Positions 37,644 to 46,533 of a stretch of DNA of 56,320 nt are shown here, in pieces. This DNA is from an uncultured Bacilli bacterium (GTDB lineage: Bacteria > Bacillota_I > Bacilli_A > RF39 > UBA660), in the NCBI GenBank assembly GCA_948999435.1, contig CARJCM010000002.1:1-56320 (forward strand). The letters run 5' to 3'. Positions within the stretch are counted from its first letter, which is position 1; every line of letters starts with the position of its first letter. The notes below the pieces were generated by a model, which did no database searches, was not told where the DNA came from, and saw only the letters and a program-made list of their open reading frames with translations. A program made the position numbers and the translations under genes.

Positions 37644-38048
37644 TTATTTATTCAATACAGGTAAAAACCAACTTTTTTTAGCAGATATTAATAAAACTTT
37701 TAAAGTCTCATCTGAATACTCATTTTTAATTTTTGTATATTCATCGATATTATAACTATCTCCAAAGCGATTAATAAATAAATTATCCTCTTCAAAATAA
37801 TCAAACCAATTTAAAATAATATCATAAAACTCATCATCATTAGGTATCTCACTATTATATAATAAATCATACATATCATTTAGCGAATACTTTGTATCAA
37901 AATATTTAAGTTGTCTAAATTTAAATTCATTTTCTTCATAATTATTTGTTTTTAACTCTTTAGATATATTTACCCTAAATATTATAAAAAGTAAAAATAA
38001 AACTAGAATTAGTATAGTAATTAGATGTGTATATTTTATACGTAACAT
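37644..38048 (-). CDS. Hypothetical protein with N-terminal TM anchor
   Basis: 134-aa ORF with a GAGAGGAGAGG SD. No motif. Confidence 0.5.
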   Translation of the reverse strand: MLRIKYTHLITILILVLFLLFIIFRVNISKELKTNNYEENEFKFRQLKYFDTKYSLNDMYDLLYNSEIPNDDEFYDIILNWFDYFEEDNLFINRFGDSYNIDEYTKIKNEYSDETLKVLLISAKKSWFLPVLNK

Positions 38049-38204
38049 TATTCCTCTCCTCTCTATAAATATTTATAACAAATCAAAAATTCTTGATTTA
38101 TTAACGTCTTCATTCAAGATTATAATATATCATTTACTTATCAATGTCACGTTCTAAAAACTAACACCAAAAATGTTAGAAAAAAGAACAAAAAAAGAGT
38201 GATA

Positions 38205-39284
38205 TTAATCACCCACATATTTATCAATATAATTTACTTTAAAATAATCATATATTTTTGATTCCTCATAATTCATATTATCAATTTTTATATAATCAGA
38301 ATATATTAATTCTTTATCCACGCTTAAACTATAATGAAAATCTTTTTCTCCTAAAAAGGTTTGCCAAGTTTTTATTGTAGTTTCCTGAAATTCATTTACC
38401 ATAAATATTCCATCCTCTTTATAATAATATACATCTACTGCTTTATCATCTTCTTTAAAACTATAACTATATATTCCTTGTTTGTAGTTAAAATTTTCCG
38501 CAATTTTAAGTGGAACTTCTTTAACAGGAGTTTCATAGGTTGTTGTATCATCACGAATTGGTAATGTTTTTTTTATAACAATTTTTTTATTATCATATAC
38601 TTGTTCAAGATTTAATTCTAAAGTATCTTTAATATCATTAGAAAATATATCTAAAGAAAAATAACCTTTATTTTTTTGTAAATCATCATAATTAAAATAT
38701 TCATTATAACCATAGCTATCCACAATATAAATAAAAGATGACGTGTGAGAAACAACAAAATTAGGATTATTATCTTTAATATAATTTAAAGACATAGAAG
38801 TTATTTCTAAATCATTTTTAGAATCGACAGAAAAAGTTAAAATAATTTTATCTTTAGAAACCAAAAGAGTTCCCACATTAACAATAAAATTATCTGTCTC
38901 TCCACTAACTTTGTACATTTTTATAGTATTATAAGATGATAAAAAGTAATAACTTAAAAACAAAACAATACTTATTACAATAACAAAGATAGATACTATC
39001 ATATACTTCTTTGTTTTACTTTTTAAATGTTTTACATATTCAAAAAAAGAAGGTGTTACCTCATTTGGATTTTGTAATTTTCTTCCAGAATATATTTCCA
39101 TTTCACTTACACCTAAAATACTAGATAGTAAAACAATCTTATCGTGACTAGGAAACACTCTCCCACTTTCAATATGCGCTAAATTAGACCTGGAGCAATA
39201 TATCGCTTTAGCTAATTCTTCTTGCGTCATTCCTTTTTCTTCTCGTAAATTTTTAATAAATTGACCCACATCTTCTTTATTCAT
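38205..39284 (-). CDS. Membrane-tethered XRE-family regulator (HTH, 1 TM, ~250-aa extracytoplasmic domain)
   Basis: Start at MNKEDVG. HTH motif MTQEELAKAIYCSRSNLAHIESGRVFP. TM YMIVSIFVIVISIVLFLSYYFL. Confidence 0.8.
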   Translation of the reverse strand: MNKEDVGQFIKNLREEKGMTQEELAKAIYCSRSNLAHIESGRVFPSHDKIVLLSSILGVSEMEIYSGRKLQNPNEVTPSFFEYVKHLKSKTKKYMIVSIFVIVISIVLFLSYYFLSSYNTIKMYKVSGETDNFIVNVGTLLVSKDKIILTFSVDSKNDLEITSMSLNYIKDNNPNFVVSHTSSFIYIVDSYGYNEYFNYDDLQKNKGYFSLDIFSNDIKDTLELNLEQVYDNKKIVIKKTLPIRDDTTTYETPVKEVPLKIAENFNYKQGIYSYSFKEDDKAVDVYYYKEDGIFMVNEFQETTIKTWQTFLGEKDFHYSLSVDKELIYSDYIKIDNMNYEESKIYDYFKVNYIDKYVGD

Positions 39285-39376
39285 AACTTCTCTTCTCCTA
39301 AGCATATACTAAACCAACAAACGAAAAAAACAATTATTTACTACAAATCTTATTTTTTCTTTAATAGTTTCAAGTA

Positions 39377-40429
39377 TTATTTTTGTACACTTTTAATATC
39401 ACTTATAAATGCTGCAAAATAAGGTAAATCTTTATTACTTTCTTTTAACATTATGACAAAATCATCTGTAAAACTAAAACTTCTTTGATTATCAATTGCA
39501 GTTTTATTAATTTCCATACCTGCTTCACTTTTTATTTTTCCACCATCTTTACAAAGTTCAAATTGAATAGTTTGAATAGCTTTACTAATAAAATATTCTT
39601 CACCATTTGCTAGATAAAAATTTTTATTTTCTAAATCTCTAAATTCTTCTTTTAAATTAAAATGTATTTCTGGAATTTTCAAAGTATCTGCATCACTTAA
39701 TGTTTTTGAGCCAGTATATTTTTTACTTTTATCATTAAGATTATCATAAATATCTTTAAAAGTTTCTCCTTTAATTCCTCTAGCTAAAATTACCTCTTCG
39801 CCTTCTTTAGTTTTTAATTTAACAGCGAATGTTTCTTTATCTTCATAGTATAAAACTTGAACTTGCGAGCGCACTTTGTAATCAGTTTTAGCATTAATCC
39901 CAAAATATTTAACATTAGTAATATTTTTAAAATCACTTTTTCCTAAATCTGTAAAAACATAAGGAAACTTAAAATCTTTTTTTAACATTGCATATAAAAA
40001 ATAATTATATTCATCTGTATAAGTAAAGTCAAAATTATCTAAAATATCACTAGTTTCATTAAATTTATCTTTAATCTCTTTTTCAATTTCCTTTTTTAAT
40101 TCTGGTTTTATTACTCCTAGTTTTTTATAATATCCACTATCACTTAAATAATTAGTATTAAAAGTTTCTTTATTAAGATTTTCCACAATATTTAGTTGAG
40201 GCTCAAAAACTATATCTTTCTTTACAATTTCATTTTTTAAATCATTCCAAATCAAATTAAATGTTCCACACCAAACACTATTTTTGCTAATCTTATCTTC
40301 CAAAGATAAAACAATATTTAAATTACTATTTTGATAATCCACCATTTTATTTTTCTTAAATATTATTAAAGAACTTATTAGTAATACTCCAAGTAGTAAA
40401 CCACCTAATACAACTTTTTTATTTTCCAT
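39377..40429 (-). CDS. Membrane-anchored serpin-fold-like protein (tentative)
   Basis: Start at MENKKVV (GAGGAG SD) with an N-terminal TM. Order of segments YFLYAMLKKDFKFPYVF / LKIPEIHFNLKEEF / ISKAIQTIQFELCKDGGKIKSEAG / FSFTDDFVIMLKES..LPYFAAFISDI mirrors the serpin core (NAIYFKG.W..PF / LPKF.. / hK..iEV.EeGTEAAA / F.adrPFlF.I....ilF.G.v). Confidence 0.35.
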   Translation of the reverse strand: MENKKVVLGGLLLGVLLISSLIIFKKNKMVDYQNSNLNIVLSLEDKISKNSVWCGTFNLIWNDLKNEIVKKDIVFEPQLNIVENLNKETFNTNYLSDSGYYKKLGVIKPELKKEIEKEIKDKFNETSDILDNFDFTYTDEYNYFLYAMLKKDFKFPYVFTDLGKSDFKNITNVKYFGINAKTDYKVRSQVQVLYYEDKETFAVKLKTKEGEEVILARGIKGETFKDIYDNLNDKSKKYTGSKTLSDADTLKIPEIHFNLKEEFRDLENKNFYLANGEEYFISKAIQTIQFELCKDGGKIKSEAGMEINKTAIDNQRSFSFTDDFVIMLKESNKDLPYFAAFISDIKSVQK

Positions 40430-40475
40430 TATATTTCTCCTCATAATAAGTATACTATTAGTCATTCTAAATTAC

Positions 40476-40510
40476 AACAAAATAAAATAGATAAGAAACC
40501 TCTTACCTAT
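40476..40510 (-). terminator. Rho-independent terminator after the sigma/anti-sigma pair
   Basis: On the minus strand: AUAGGUAAGA-GGUU-UCUUAUCUAU (one G-U pair) followed by UUUAUUUUG. Confidence 0.7.
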
Positions 40511-40546
40511 TTAAAACACTTTTAATTTCTAAGAATTATATTAGTT

Positions 40547-40942
40547 TTATTTAGAATTTTGATTACTATCTTGAATAATATATTCTATTTTATCAAGCTT
40601 ATCTAAATCATCTTTATCTATTTCTAAAGATAAATCACTACTACCAGTTACTTCACTACCAATAGTACATTTCATATTTCCATTTTCTGTTTTATCACAA
40701 GTAGCATTATAATCTTTCTTATTTACATTAATTTTTAACGCTTCTTTTATGGTATTACTAACCATATTATCCGTCATCGCATCAACACTAAAAGTCCCAC
40801 CTGCTAAAACTAAAACAGCAATAAAGATATAAGTAAAATGTTTTATTTTAATTCTTTTCAATTCATCTCTTCCTTTCATTAAATCATAAGCGACTAAATA
40901 ATTAGTCTTTTCTTTAATATTAGATGCATCAAATTTGGCCAT
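40547..40942 (-). CDS. Putative anti-sigma factor (single-pass membrane protein)
   Basis: Start overlaps the sigma gene stop (ATGA-type coupling at 40942). Short cytoplasmic N-terminus, one TM, small extracytoplasmic domain. No zinc anti-sigma motif. Confidence 0.5.
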   Translation of the reverse strand: MAKFDASNIKEKTNYLVAYDLMKGRDELKRIKIKHFTYIFIAVLVLAGGTFSVDAMTDNMVSNTIKEALKINVNKKDYNATCDKTENGNMKCTIGSEVTGSSDLSLEIDKDDLDKLDKIEYIIQDSNQNSK

Positions 40943-41406
40943 TATAGTTCCTCCTTTAATTTTTTTCTCAATCTATATAACATTATTTTTAAAGCACTAG
41001 TACTTTTATTAGTTAACTTACATATTTCTTTTATTTTTAAACCCTTTAAATAAAATAGTTCAAAAATCATTAATTCTTCATGTGTTAATTTATTTAACTT
41101 TTCTTTAACTTCCAAGATTGTATCAAAATCATTTTCATACCCCATATTCTCATCAATTGGAATTGTAAAGTTATTTTTACGTAGTTTATCATAAGAGGCA
41201 TTTCTTGCAATAACACTTAAATATGCTTTTAAATTTGTATTTATTCTATTTTGATTTTTCCAAAGTAAATAGAAAGTATCCGAAACAATCTCCTCTTTAT
41301 CTTGATAAGAAAGTGTAGTTCCAATAATATTATCTACTATTTTAAATACATAACCAGCATATTCATCAATAACAATTTCTAAATTAAATTCTAAGGTATT
41401 TTTCAT
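40942..41406 (-). CDS. ECF-type RNA polymerase sigma-70 family factor
   Basis: 154 aa. Region 2 (DTFYLLWKN, YLSVIARNASYDKLRK) and region 4 HTH (IKEICKLTNKSTSALKIMLYRLRKKL). Confidence 0.8.
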   Translation of the reverse strand: MKNTLEFNLEIVIDEYAGYVFKIVDNIIGTTLSYQDKEEIVSDTFYLLWKNQNRINTNLKAYLSVIARNASYDKLRKNNFTIPIDENMGYENDFDTILEVKEKLNKLTHEELMIFELFYLKGLKIKEICKLTNKSTSALKIMLYRLRKKLKEEL

Positions 41407-41439
41407 TTGATACCACCCTTATTGAATGCATTCATTATA

Positions 41440-41468
41440 TAGACGTTTAATTTAATAAAAAGGTTACA
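41440..41468 (-). promoter_or_regulatory. ECF-type (autoregulatory) promoter TGTAAC-N17-CGTCTA
   Basis: On the minus strand: TGTAAC (41468-41463), 17-nt spacer, CGTCTA (41445-41440), about 33 nt upstream of the sigma ATG. Matches the AAC/CGT ECF consensus (SigX/SigM-like). Confidence 0.6.
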
Positions 41469-41473
41469 AAAGA

Positions 41474-42532
41474 TTAATTAATTTTTAAAATAAAACTATT
41501 ATTTACAATTAATGTACTATATAAAAATAGAACATCTTGGTTATCAAAACTTATATAATTATTAACTAAATTCATATTAATATATCTTAAATCGACTAAA
41601 GTAATTTTTTTATAAAATGGTACTAAAAGTGGTGCAATACTACTTCCAAAAGAATCTCTAAAAATAATTAATTCTTTTTGAGTATCAGCATTATCATTTA
41701 TAATTTCAATTAAACTACTAGGACCACTTAAAAAAACATTATAAGCATCGCTTGATTTAAAAGCATCTTCCTTATAAACATAATTATCTTTATATTCTAA
41801 GTGTTTAACTCTTACATTTTCTAATATATCATTAGTTAAATAAATAAGTTCTTCAGGCTTACTAAATGGCACTTTATAGAATGTTGCTCCTTTAAAATCA
41901 GAATATACTTTTTCAGTATAAGAAATATCTTTATTATTAAATTTGAAATAATCACTTAATTTATCAATAACTTTAAAATAAGATTTTTGCTTTAAATGAA
42001 TATCTGTTTTATAGTAGTCTTCTAACTTTAATAGTTCTCTAATATCAATCCCTGAAAAGTTAATATTATCTTTTAAATTTGAATATAAATAATCATAATC
42101 AATAGTTAAATATTTATCACTATCTAAAAAATAACTTTTATCAGGTATAATCATATAATAGCAAGAATTATTTTTTAAATATTTCTCTTTTATATAATTT
42201 ATTTTATTTGTAAAATTATTAACACTTTTATTATCTAAAGGATAAAGACGTTCAAATATATAATCATCTTTAAGATAAACTCCATTATAATCTTTATTAT
42301 TAAGAAAATAGCGATTAAAAGCACTATTTAAAGCTAAAAATTCATCTCTCAAAGGAAATTGATCTGTTAAATATTTATCTAAATTCTCATTAAAATCTTC
42401 TTTTAAAGAACTCACATTAGCAAGTTTTCTTCTTTCAACTAAGGAAATATCTTTATCTTTTAATATTATACTAAAAAAACCAAAAGTAAAAATAATTACG
42501 ACAAAACCAATACTAATAATTTTTTCTTTCAT
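41474..42532 (-). CDS. DHHW-family (AlgX/AlgJ/PatB-like SGNH) protein, motif variant D-I-H-L
   Basis: N-terminal TM. YYKTDIHLKQKSYF sits at the position of the TDHHW motif. A later IIFRDSFGSS supplies the Ser. Immediately downstream of the MBOAT gene. Confidence 0.65.
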   Translation of the reverse strand: MKEKIISIGFVVIIFTFGFFSIILKDKDISLVERRKLANVSSLKEDFNENLDKYLTDQFPLRDEFLALNSAFNRYFLNNKDYNGVYLKDDYIFERLYPLDNKSVNNFTNKINYIKEKYLKNNSCYYMIIPDKSYFLDSDKYLTIDYDYLYSNLKDNINFSGIDIRELLKLEDYYKTDIHLKQKSYFKVIDKLSDYFKFNNKDISYTEKVYSDFKGATFYKVPFSKPEELIYLTNDILENVRVKHLEYKDNYVYKEDAFKSSDAYNVFLSGPSSLIEIINDNADTQKELIIFRDSFGSSIAPLLVPFYKKITLVDLRYINMNLVNNYISFDNQDVLFLYSTLIVNNSFILKIN

Positions 42533-42534
42533 AA

Positions 42535-43911
42535 TTAAAACCTAAAATAGATAAAAGGATTAAAAGAGCTTGAAACAATACTTGCTACTACTAATATGAA
42601 TATACCTAGAATAAATATTATTTCTCCTCCCTCAATTACTTTTTCTAATTTACCTTTCTTTAAACTATTAATTTTATTTTTTAAGAATGGACTTATTCCT
42701 AAAAATGCTATAACAAGAATCACTAAATTATTTCTTAATAAATACAAAACTTCCCTATTATATAGAGGAACTCCTATTCCCATCATCCCTTTTAAAAAGC
42801 TAAATAATTCATTTAAATCTGTAATACTAAAAATTACAAAACTAATTACAACAATTATAAAAGTATAAATATATGCAATAAAATTTTTCTTTAAATATTT
42901 CTTCAAAATAAACTTTTCTAAAATTAGGAAAACAAAAAAGTAAATACCCCACATAATAAAGTTCCAACTAGCTCCATGCCAAAAACCAGTTAAAGCCCAA
43001 ACAATAAAGATATTACGAATATTTTTTATCTTAGAGCATTTATTACCACCGAGTGGAATATAGACATAATCTTTAAAAAAGCTAGATAAAGAAATATGCC
43101 ATCTCCTCCAAAAATCAGTTATTGAAGAAGCAATTAAAGGATAATTAAAATTCTCTTTAAAATTGAAACCAAACATTTTACCAAGTCCAATAGCCATATC
43201 ACTATAACCTGAAAAATCATAATAAATTTGTAATGTAAAACAAATAGCCACTAAAATATAAGATATTGCACTCATATTAAATCCCAATATATTAGTATAA
43301 ACATTATATATAGTATCAGCGATTAATACTTTTTTAGCTAAACCAATAACAAATCTTTTAACGCCTATACTAAAAAGTTCAAAACTTTCTTGTCTTGTTT
43401 CTAATTCTAGTGCAACATCTTGATATCTCACAATTGGTCCTGCAACTAACTGCGGAAATAATGTAATATATGTCGCATATCTAAGAAAGCTTTTTTCTGG
43501 TAAAACACTTTTTCTATAAACATCAATTAAATAGCTTATATTTTGAAATGTAAAAAAACTAATCCCTAAAGGTAAAATTATTTTAAGCATTGGCAAATTA
43601 AAATTAAAAATATTATTAAAAGTTTCTAAAAAGAAATTTGTATATTTAAAATAAAATAATAAACCAATATTAAAAACTAAACCAATTATAAGATACAACT
43701 TTTTTCTTTTCTGCTCAATTAATAAACCTATTATATAATTAACTAAGCAAGATAATAAAAGCAAGAATACATACCATTTCTCACCAATATAATAAAATAT
43801 CAAACTAAATATTAATAATACATTATTACGATATTTATTAGGTACTAAAAAATAGCTAAGAAATAACAAAGTTAAAAAAAAGAAAAGAAAACTTATACTA
43901 GAAAATACCAT
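42535..43911 (-). CDS. MBOAT family O-acyltransferase (AlgI/DltB/PatA-like)
   Basis: FWRRWHISLSSFFKDYVYIPLGGN and GFWHGASWNF (catalytic His). About 10 TM segments. Confidence 0.9.
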   Translation of the reverse strand: MVFSSISFLFFFLTLLFLSYFLVPNKYRNNVLLIFSLIFYYIGEKWYVFLLLLSCLVNYIIGLLIEQKRKKLYLIIGLVFNIGLLFYFKYTNFFLETFNNIFNFNLPMLKIILPLGISFFTFQNISYLIDVYRKSVLPEKSFLRYATYITLFPQLVAGPIVRYQDVALELETRQESFELFSIGVKRFVIGLAKKVLIADTIYNVYTNILGFNMSAISYILVAICFTLQIYYDFSGYSDMAIGLGKMFGFNFKENFNYPLIASSITDFWRRWHISLSSFFKDYVYIPLGGNKCSKIKNIRNIFIVWALTGFWHGASWNFIMWGIYFFVFLILEKFILKKYLKKNFIAYIYTFIIVVISFVIFSITDLNELFSFLKGMMGIGVPLYNREVLYLLRNNLVILVIAFLGISPFLKNKINSLKKGKLEKVIEGGEIIFILGIFILVVASIVSSSFNPFIYFRF

Positions 43912-43930
43912 AAATTCACTTTCCTTCTTA

Positions 43931-44395
43931 CTATTTTAAATTTTCAAAATTTGTTTTAATAGGATCTGCTAGTTCATTAGACATAATAAGAACTACTAAA
44001 TCTCCTTTATTTAAAACATAAAGTTTTTCAGCTTCCACACAAATCCACTTACGTGGGTCAGCCTTTTCTTTAATTTCTTTTACAACAGCCTCAGCTTCAT
44101 TGCTATCTTCAAGTCTTATTAAAACAACAGAATGTGCTGTCGAACCAGTCATTGATTCACTAGCAATCGCTTCTTTATATTTAGCACTCGTAAATGCATA
44201 ATATTGAAAATTCTCTTCAGTTAAAGGTATATTTTCTACCATCATAGGCATCTCTTCTTCTTTTATACCTTCATATAATTTTTCCATTATTTCTTCTAAA
44301 GAACCTTCGATGTTTTTATTTTCAACCTTTTTATCGCATCCAACTACTCCAAATGTTAAAAATAAAACACTAAATAAACATAATAATTTTTTCAT
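43931..44395 (-). CDS. DUF4358-like lipoprotein (usual first gene of MBOAT-DHHW operons)
   Basis: Lipobox FGVVGCDKK. SMTGSTAHSVVLIRL and ADPRKWICVEAE are recalled as DUF4358 features. Confidence 0.55.
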   Translation of the reverse strand: MKKLLCLFSVLFLTFGVVGCDKKVENKNIEGSLEEIMEKLYEGIKEEEMPMMVENIPLTEENFQYYAFTSAKYKEAIASESMTGSTAHSVVLIRLEDSNEAEAVVKEIKEKADPRKWICVEAEKLYVLNKGDLVVLIMSNELADPIKTNFENLK

Positions 44396-44564
44396 AATCT
44401 CATCTCCTTCATAATCATAACATAAAATTCAAAATAAATAAATGACTTTTACATTTTATTTTATAGTTCCTTACTTTTAACATAATTCACTTTACTTTTA
44501 TATAAAAATATTATATTATTAATTTAGCGAGACACTAAATAGTGCTTGCCACAAAATGTTGCTT

Positions 44565-44596
44565 GCACCACTTTTATGAGTGGTGCTTTTATTTTT
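44565..44596 (+). terminator. Strong plus-strand rho-independent terminator hairpin. Possible 3' end of a short sRNA convergent with the small ORF.
   Basis: GCACCACT-tttatg-AGTGGTGC followed by TTTTATTTTT. No plus-strand protein gene precedes it. Confidence 0.55.
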
Positions 44597-44613
44597 ACCA
44601 AAACCCCCAATAA

Positions 44614-44721
44614 TTACTTACTGATGATTAAAAGTATAATAATCACTAAAAGTATCAAAACTAAAAAGTCCTTTTTACTCATAAGTGACCCATCTCCAAG
44701 GAAGTGACAAGTACCATACAT
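44614..44721 (-). CDS. Small hydrophobic peptide, type I toxin-like. 35 aa from the ATG at 44721, or 22 aa from the internal ATG at 44682.
   Basis: Own translation MYGTCHFLGDGSLMSKKDFLVLILLVIIILLIISK*. GAGG SD 7 nt before the first ATG and GGAGATGGG before the second. Own promoter at 44741..44769. Not in the ORF track (too short). Confidence 0.4.
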   Translation of the reverse strand: MYGTCHFLGDGSLMSKKDFLVLILLVIIILLIISK

Positions 44722-44740
44722 AATTGTGCCTCACAAATTA

Positions 44741-44769
44741 AAAATACCATAAAAAAATAGATATGTCAA
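44741..44769 (-). promoter_or_regulatory. Sigma-A promoter TTGACA-N17-TATTTT with TGn extended -10
   Basis: On the minus strand: TTGACA (44769-44764), 17-nt spacer ending in TGG, TATTTT (44746-44741). Confidence 0.6.
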
Positions 44770-44825
44770 AAAAAGTTAGCACTAGACTATTTAGTGTTCT
44801 TTTCATATATATCAATTTCAAAAAT

Positions 44826-45827
44826 TTAATTCATTTTATAAATATTAGTTTTAGGAAAGACTATTTCTACTTCAGTATATTTTTTATATATAGAAGAAAT
44901 ATTAATATCTAAATTTAATCTTTCACATAGCTTTTTAGCTAAATATAAACCTATACCTGTTGAATATTCTTTTTTACGATTAGTCCCTGTAAAGCCTTTA
45001 TCAAATACTCTTTTTAAATCACTTTCTTTTATTCCAGCCCCATTATCTTTAATAATTAAAATTATATTATTTTTATTTTCTAAAGCATCAATTTCAATTA
45101 ATTTTTCTTTTTTATCAAAATACTTCAAAGAATTTTCTATTATTTGTGATATTATAAAAGTAAGCCACTTCTCATCAGTATAAACTTTATAATTTAAAGG
45201 AGCAATTTTTAAAGAGACTTTATTTTTTAAAATATTATTTTTATAATTTAAAAGTATCGGATGCAAAATATCATTTAAGTTTAATTCTTTCACAAAATAA
45301 TCTTTTTCTGTAACTTCACTACGAGCATAATATAGCATCTGTTCTACCTTAGTTTCTATTTTTTTAACTTCTTCTAATAAATTATTATCATTAGAATTTT
45401 GTAAAGATAAAGAAAGAACAGAAATAGGCATTTTTATTTCATGTGCGAAAGCTTCAACATATTCTTCATAATCTTTTTTTTCCAGTTCTAAATTACTAAC
45501 TTTATCGTTCATCGATTTACAAGCACTTTTTAAAGCATAAAAATAAGCTTTATTAATAATATTTCTAGGTTTAGCTAAAACTTCTGAGATTAAATATTTA
45601 TCATCTAAATTATCAACCAAATTTACTATATTATTATATTTTTTCTTTATAATCAAAAAAGATAAAGTTAAATAGAAAATATTATAAAAAACTAAAAATA
45701 GAGAAAGAAAAAGAATAAATACTTTATTCACATTAAGTAAAATTAATAAAAAATCTAAAATAAAAATAAAAGAAGCCTGAAATAAAACAAAACTAATTTT
45801 TTCTTCTAAAAAACTACTAAACCTCAT
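44826..45827 (-). CDS. BceS/GraS-type intramembrane-sensing histidine kinase
   Basis: Two N-terminal TM with almost no extracellular loop. H-box FAHEIKMPISVL, N-box IENSLKY, G-boxes DNGAGI and GTGIGLYLAKKL. Confidence 0.85.
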   Translation of the reverse strand: MRFSSFLEEKISFVLFQASFIFILDFLLILLNVNKVFILFLSLFLVFYNIFYLTLSFLIIKKKYNNIVNLVDNLDDKYLISEVLAKPRNIINKAYFYALKSACKSMNDKVSNLELEKKDYEEYVEAFAHEIKMPISVLSLSLQNSNDNNLLEEVKKIETKVEQMLYYARSEVTEKDYFVKELNLNDILHPILLNYKNNILKNKVSLKIAPLNYKVYTDEKWLTFIISQIIENSLKYFDKKEKLIEIDALENKNNIILIIKDNGAGIKESDLKRVFDKGFTGTNRKKEYSTGIGLYLAKKLCERLNLDINISSIYKKYTEVEIVFPKTNIYKMN

Positions 45828-46480
45828 AATTTATATCCCTCACCTCTAATTGTAATAAGCAAATTATTAATACCTATTTCACTAGCTTTTTTTCGCAAGC
45901 GATTAATATTTACAAGTAATATATTTTCATCCAAATAATATTTATCATTCCATAAATATTCTAATAATTCTTCTTTTGAAATAACTCTATTTTCTTCTCT
46001 AAAAAAATAATATAAAATCCTAAATTCATTACGTGTTAACTCTATTTCTTTTCCTTGATATTTAAGAAGTGACAAATGTAAATCTAAAATATAATCATTT
46101 TTAACAATTTCTTTAAAAGAGAAAGGGTCAGTATTATTTATTGCTCTTCTAATTTTTTCTAACAAAATACTTTTATTATAAGGTTTAGTAATAAAATCAA
46201 TTCCCCCTACTTTAATACTAAGTAATTCATCTTCATCAGTATTTCTACTCGTTACAAAAATAATTGGAACTTTCATTTTATTTTTAATTTTCTTACATAA
46301 TGTAAAACCATTTTCATAAGGTAAATTTATATCTAATAATACCAAAGAAATACTACTATTAATATAATCTAAAATATTTAAAAACTCATTTACTAAAATA
46401 GTATGATATCCATAACTATTAAGTAATTTAGAAAGTTCTTCTCTAATTTTTTTATCATCTTCAATTATTAAAATATTCAT
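45824..46480 (-). CDS. OmpR-family response regulator (BceR-like)
   Basis: Receiver domain (LLDINLP, KVPIIFVTSR) plus a winged-helix C-terminus (LTRNEFRILYYF...ITIRGEGYKL). 4-nt overlap with the kinase gene. Confidence 0.9.
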   Translation of the reverse strand: MNILIIEDDKKIREELSKLLNSYGYHTILVNEFLNILDYINSSISLVLLDINLPYENGFTLCKKIKNKMKVPIIFVTSRNTDEDELLSIKVGGIDFITKPYNKSILLEKIRRAINNTDPFSFKEIVKNDYILDLHLSLLKYQGKEIELTRNEFRILYYFFREENRVISKEELLEYLWNDKYYLDENILLVNINRLRKKASEIGINNLLITIRGEGYKL

Positions 46481-46533
46481 ATATGCCTCCTTAGTTATTA
46501 TAACACAAAAAGAAATCTTAAATTAAAAGATTT

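Noticed and set aside
39377-41468. Serpin-like gene as part of the ECF sigma operon or regulon
   Set aside because: A good terminator (40476..40510) and a sigma-A-like promoter (TTGTAA-N17-TATACT) separate it from the sigma/anti-sigma genes. No AAC...CGTC promoter precedes it.
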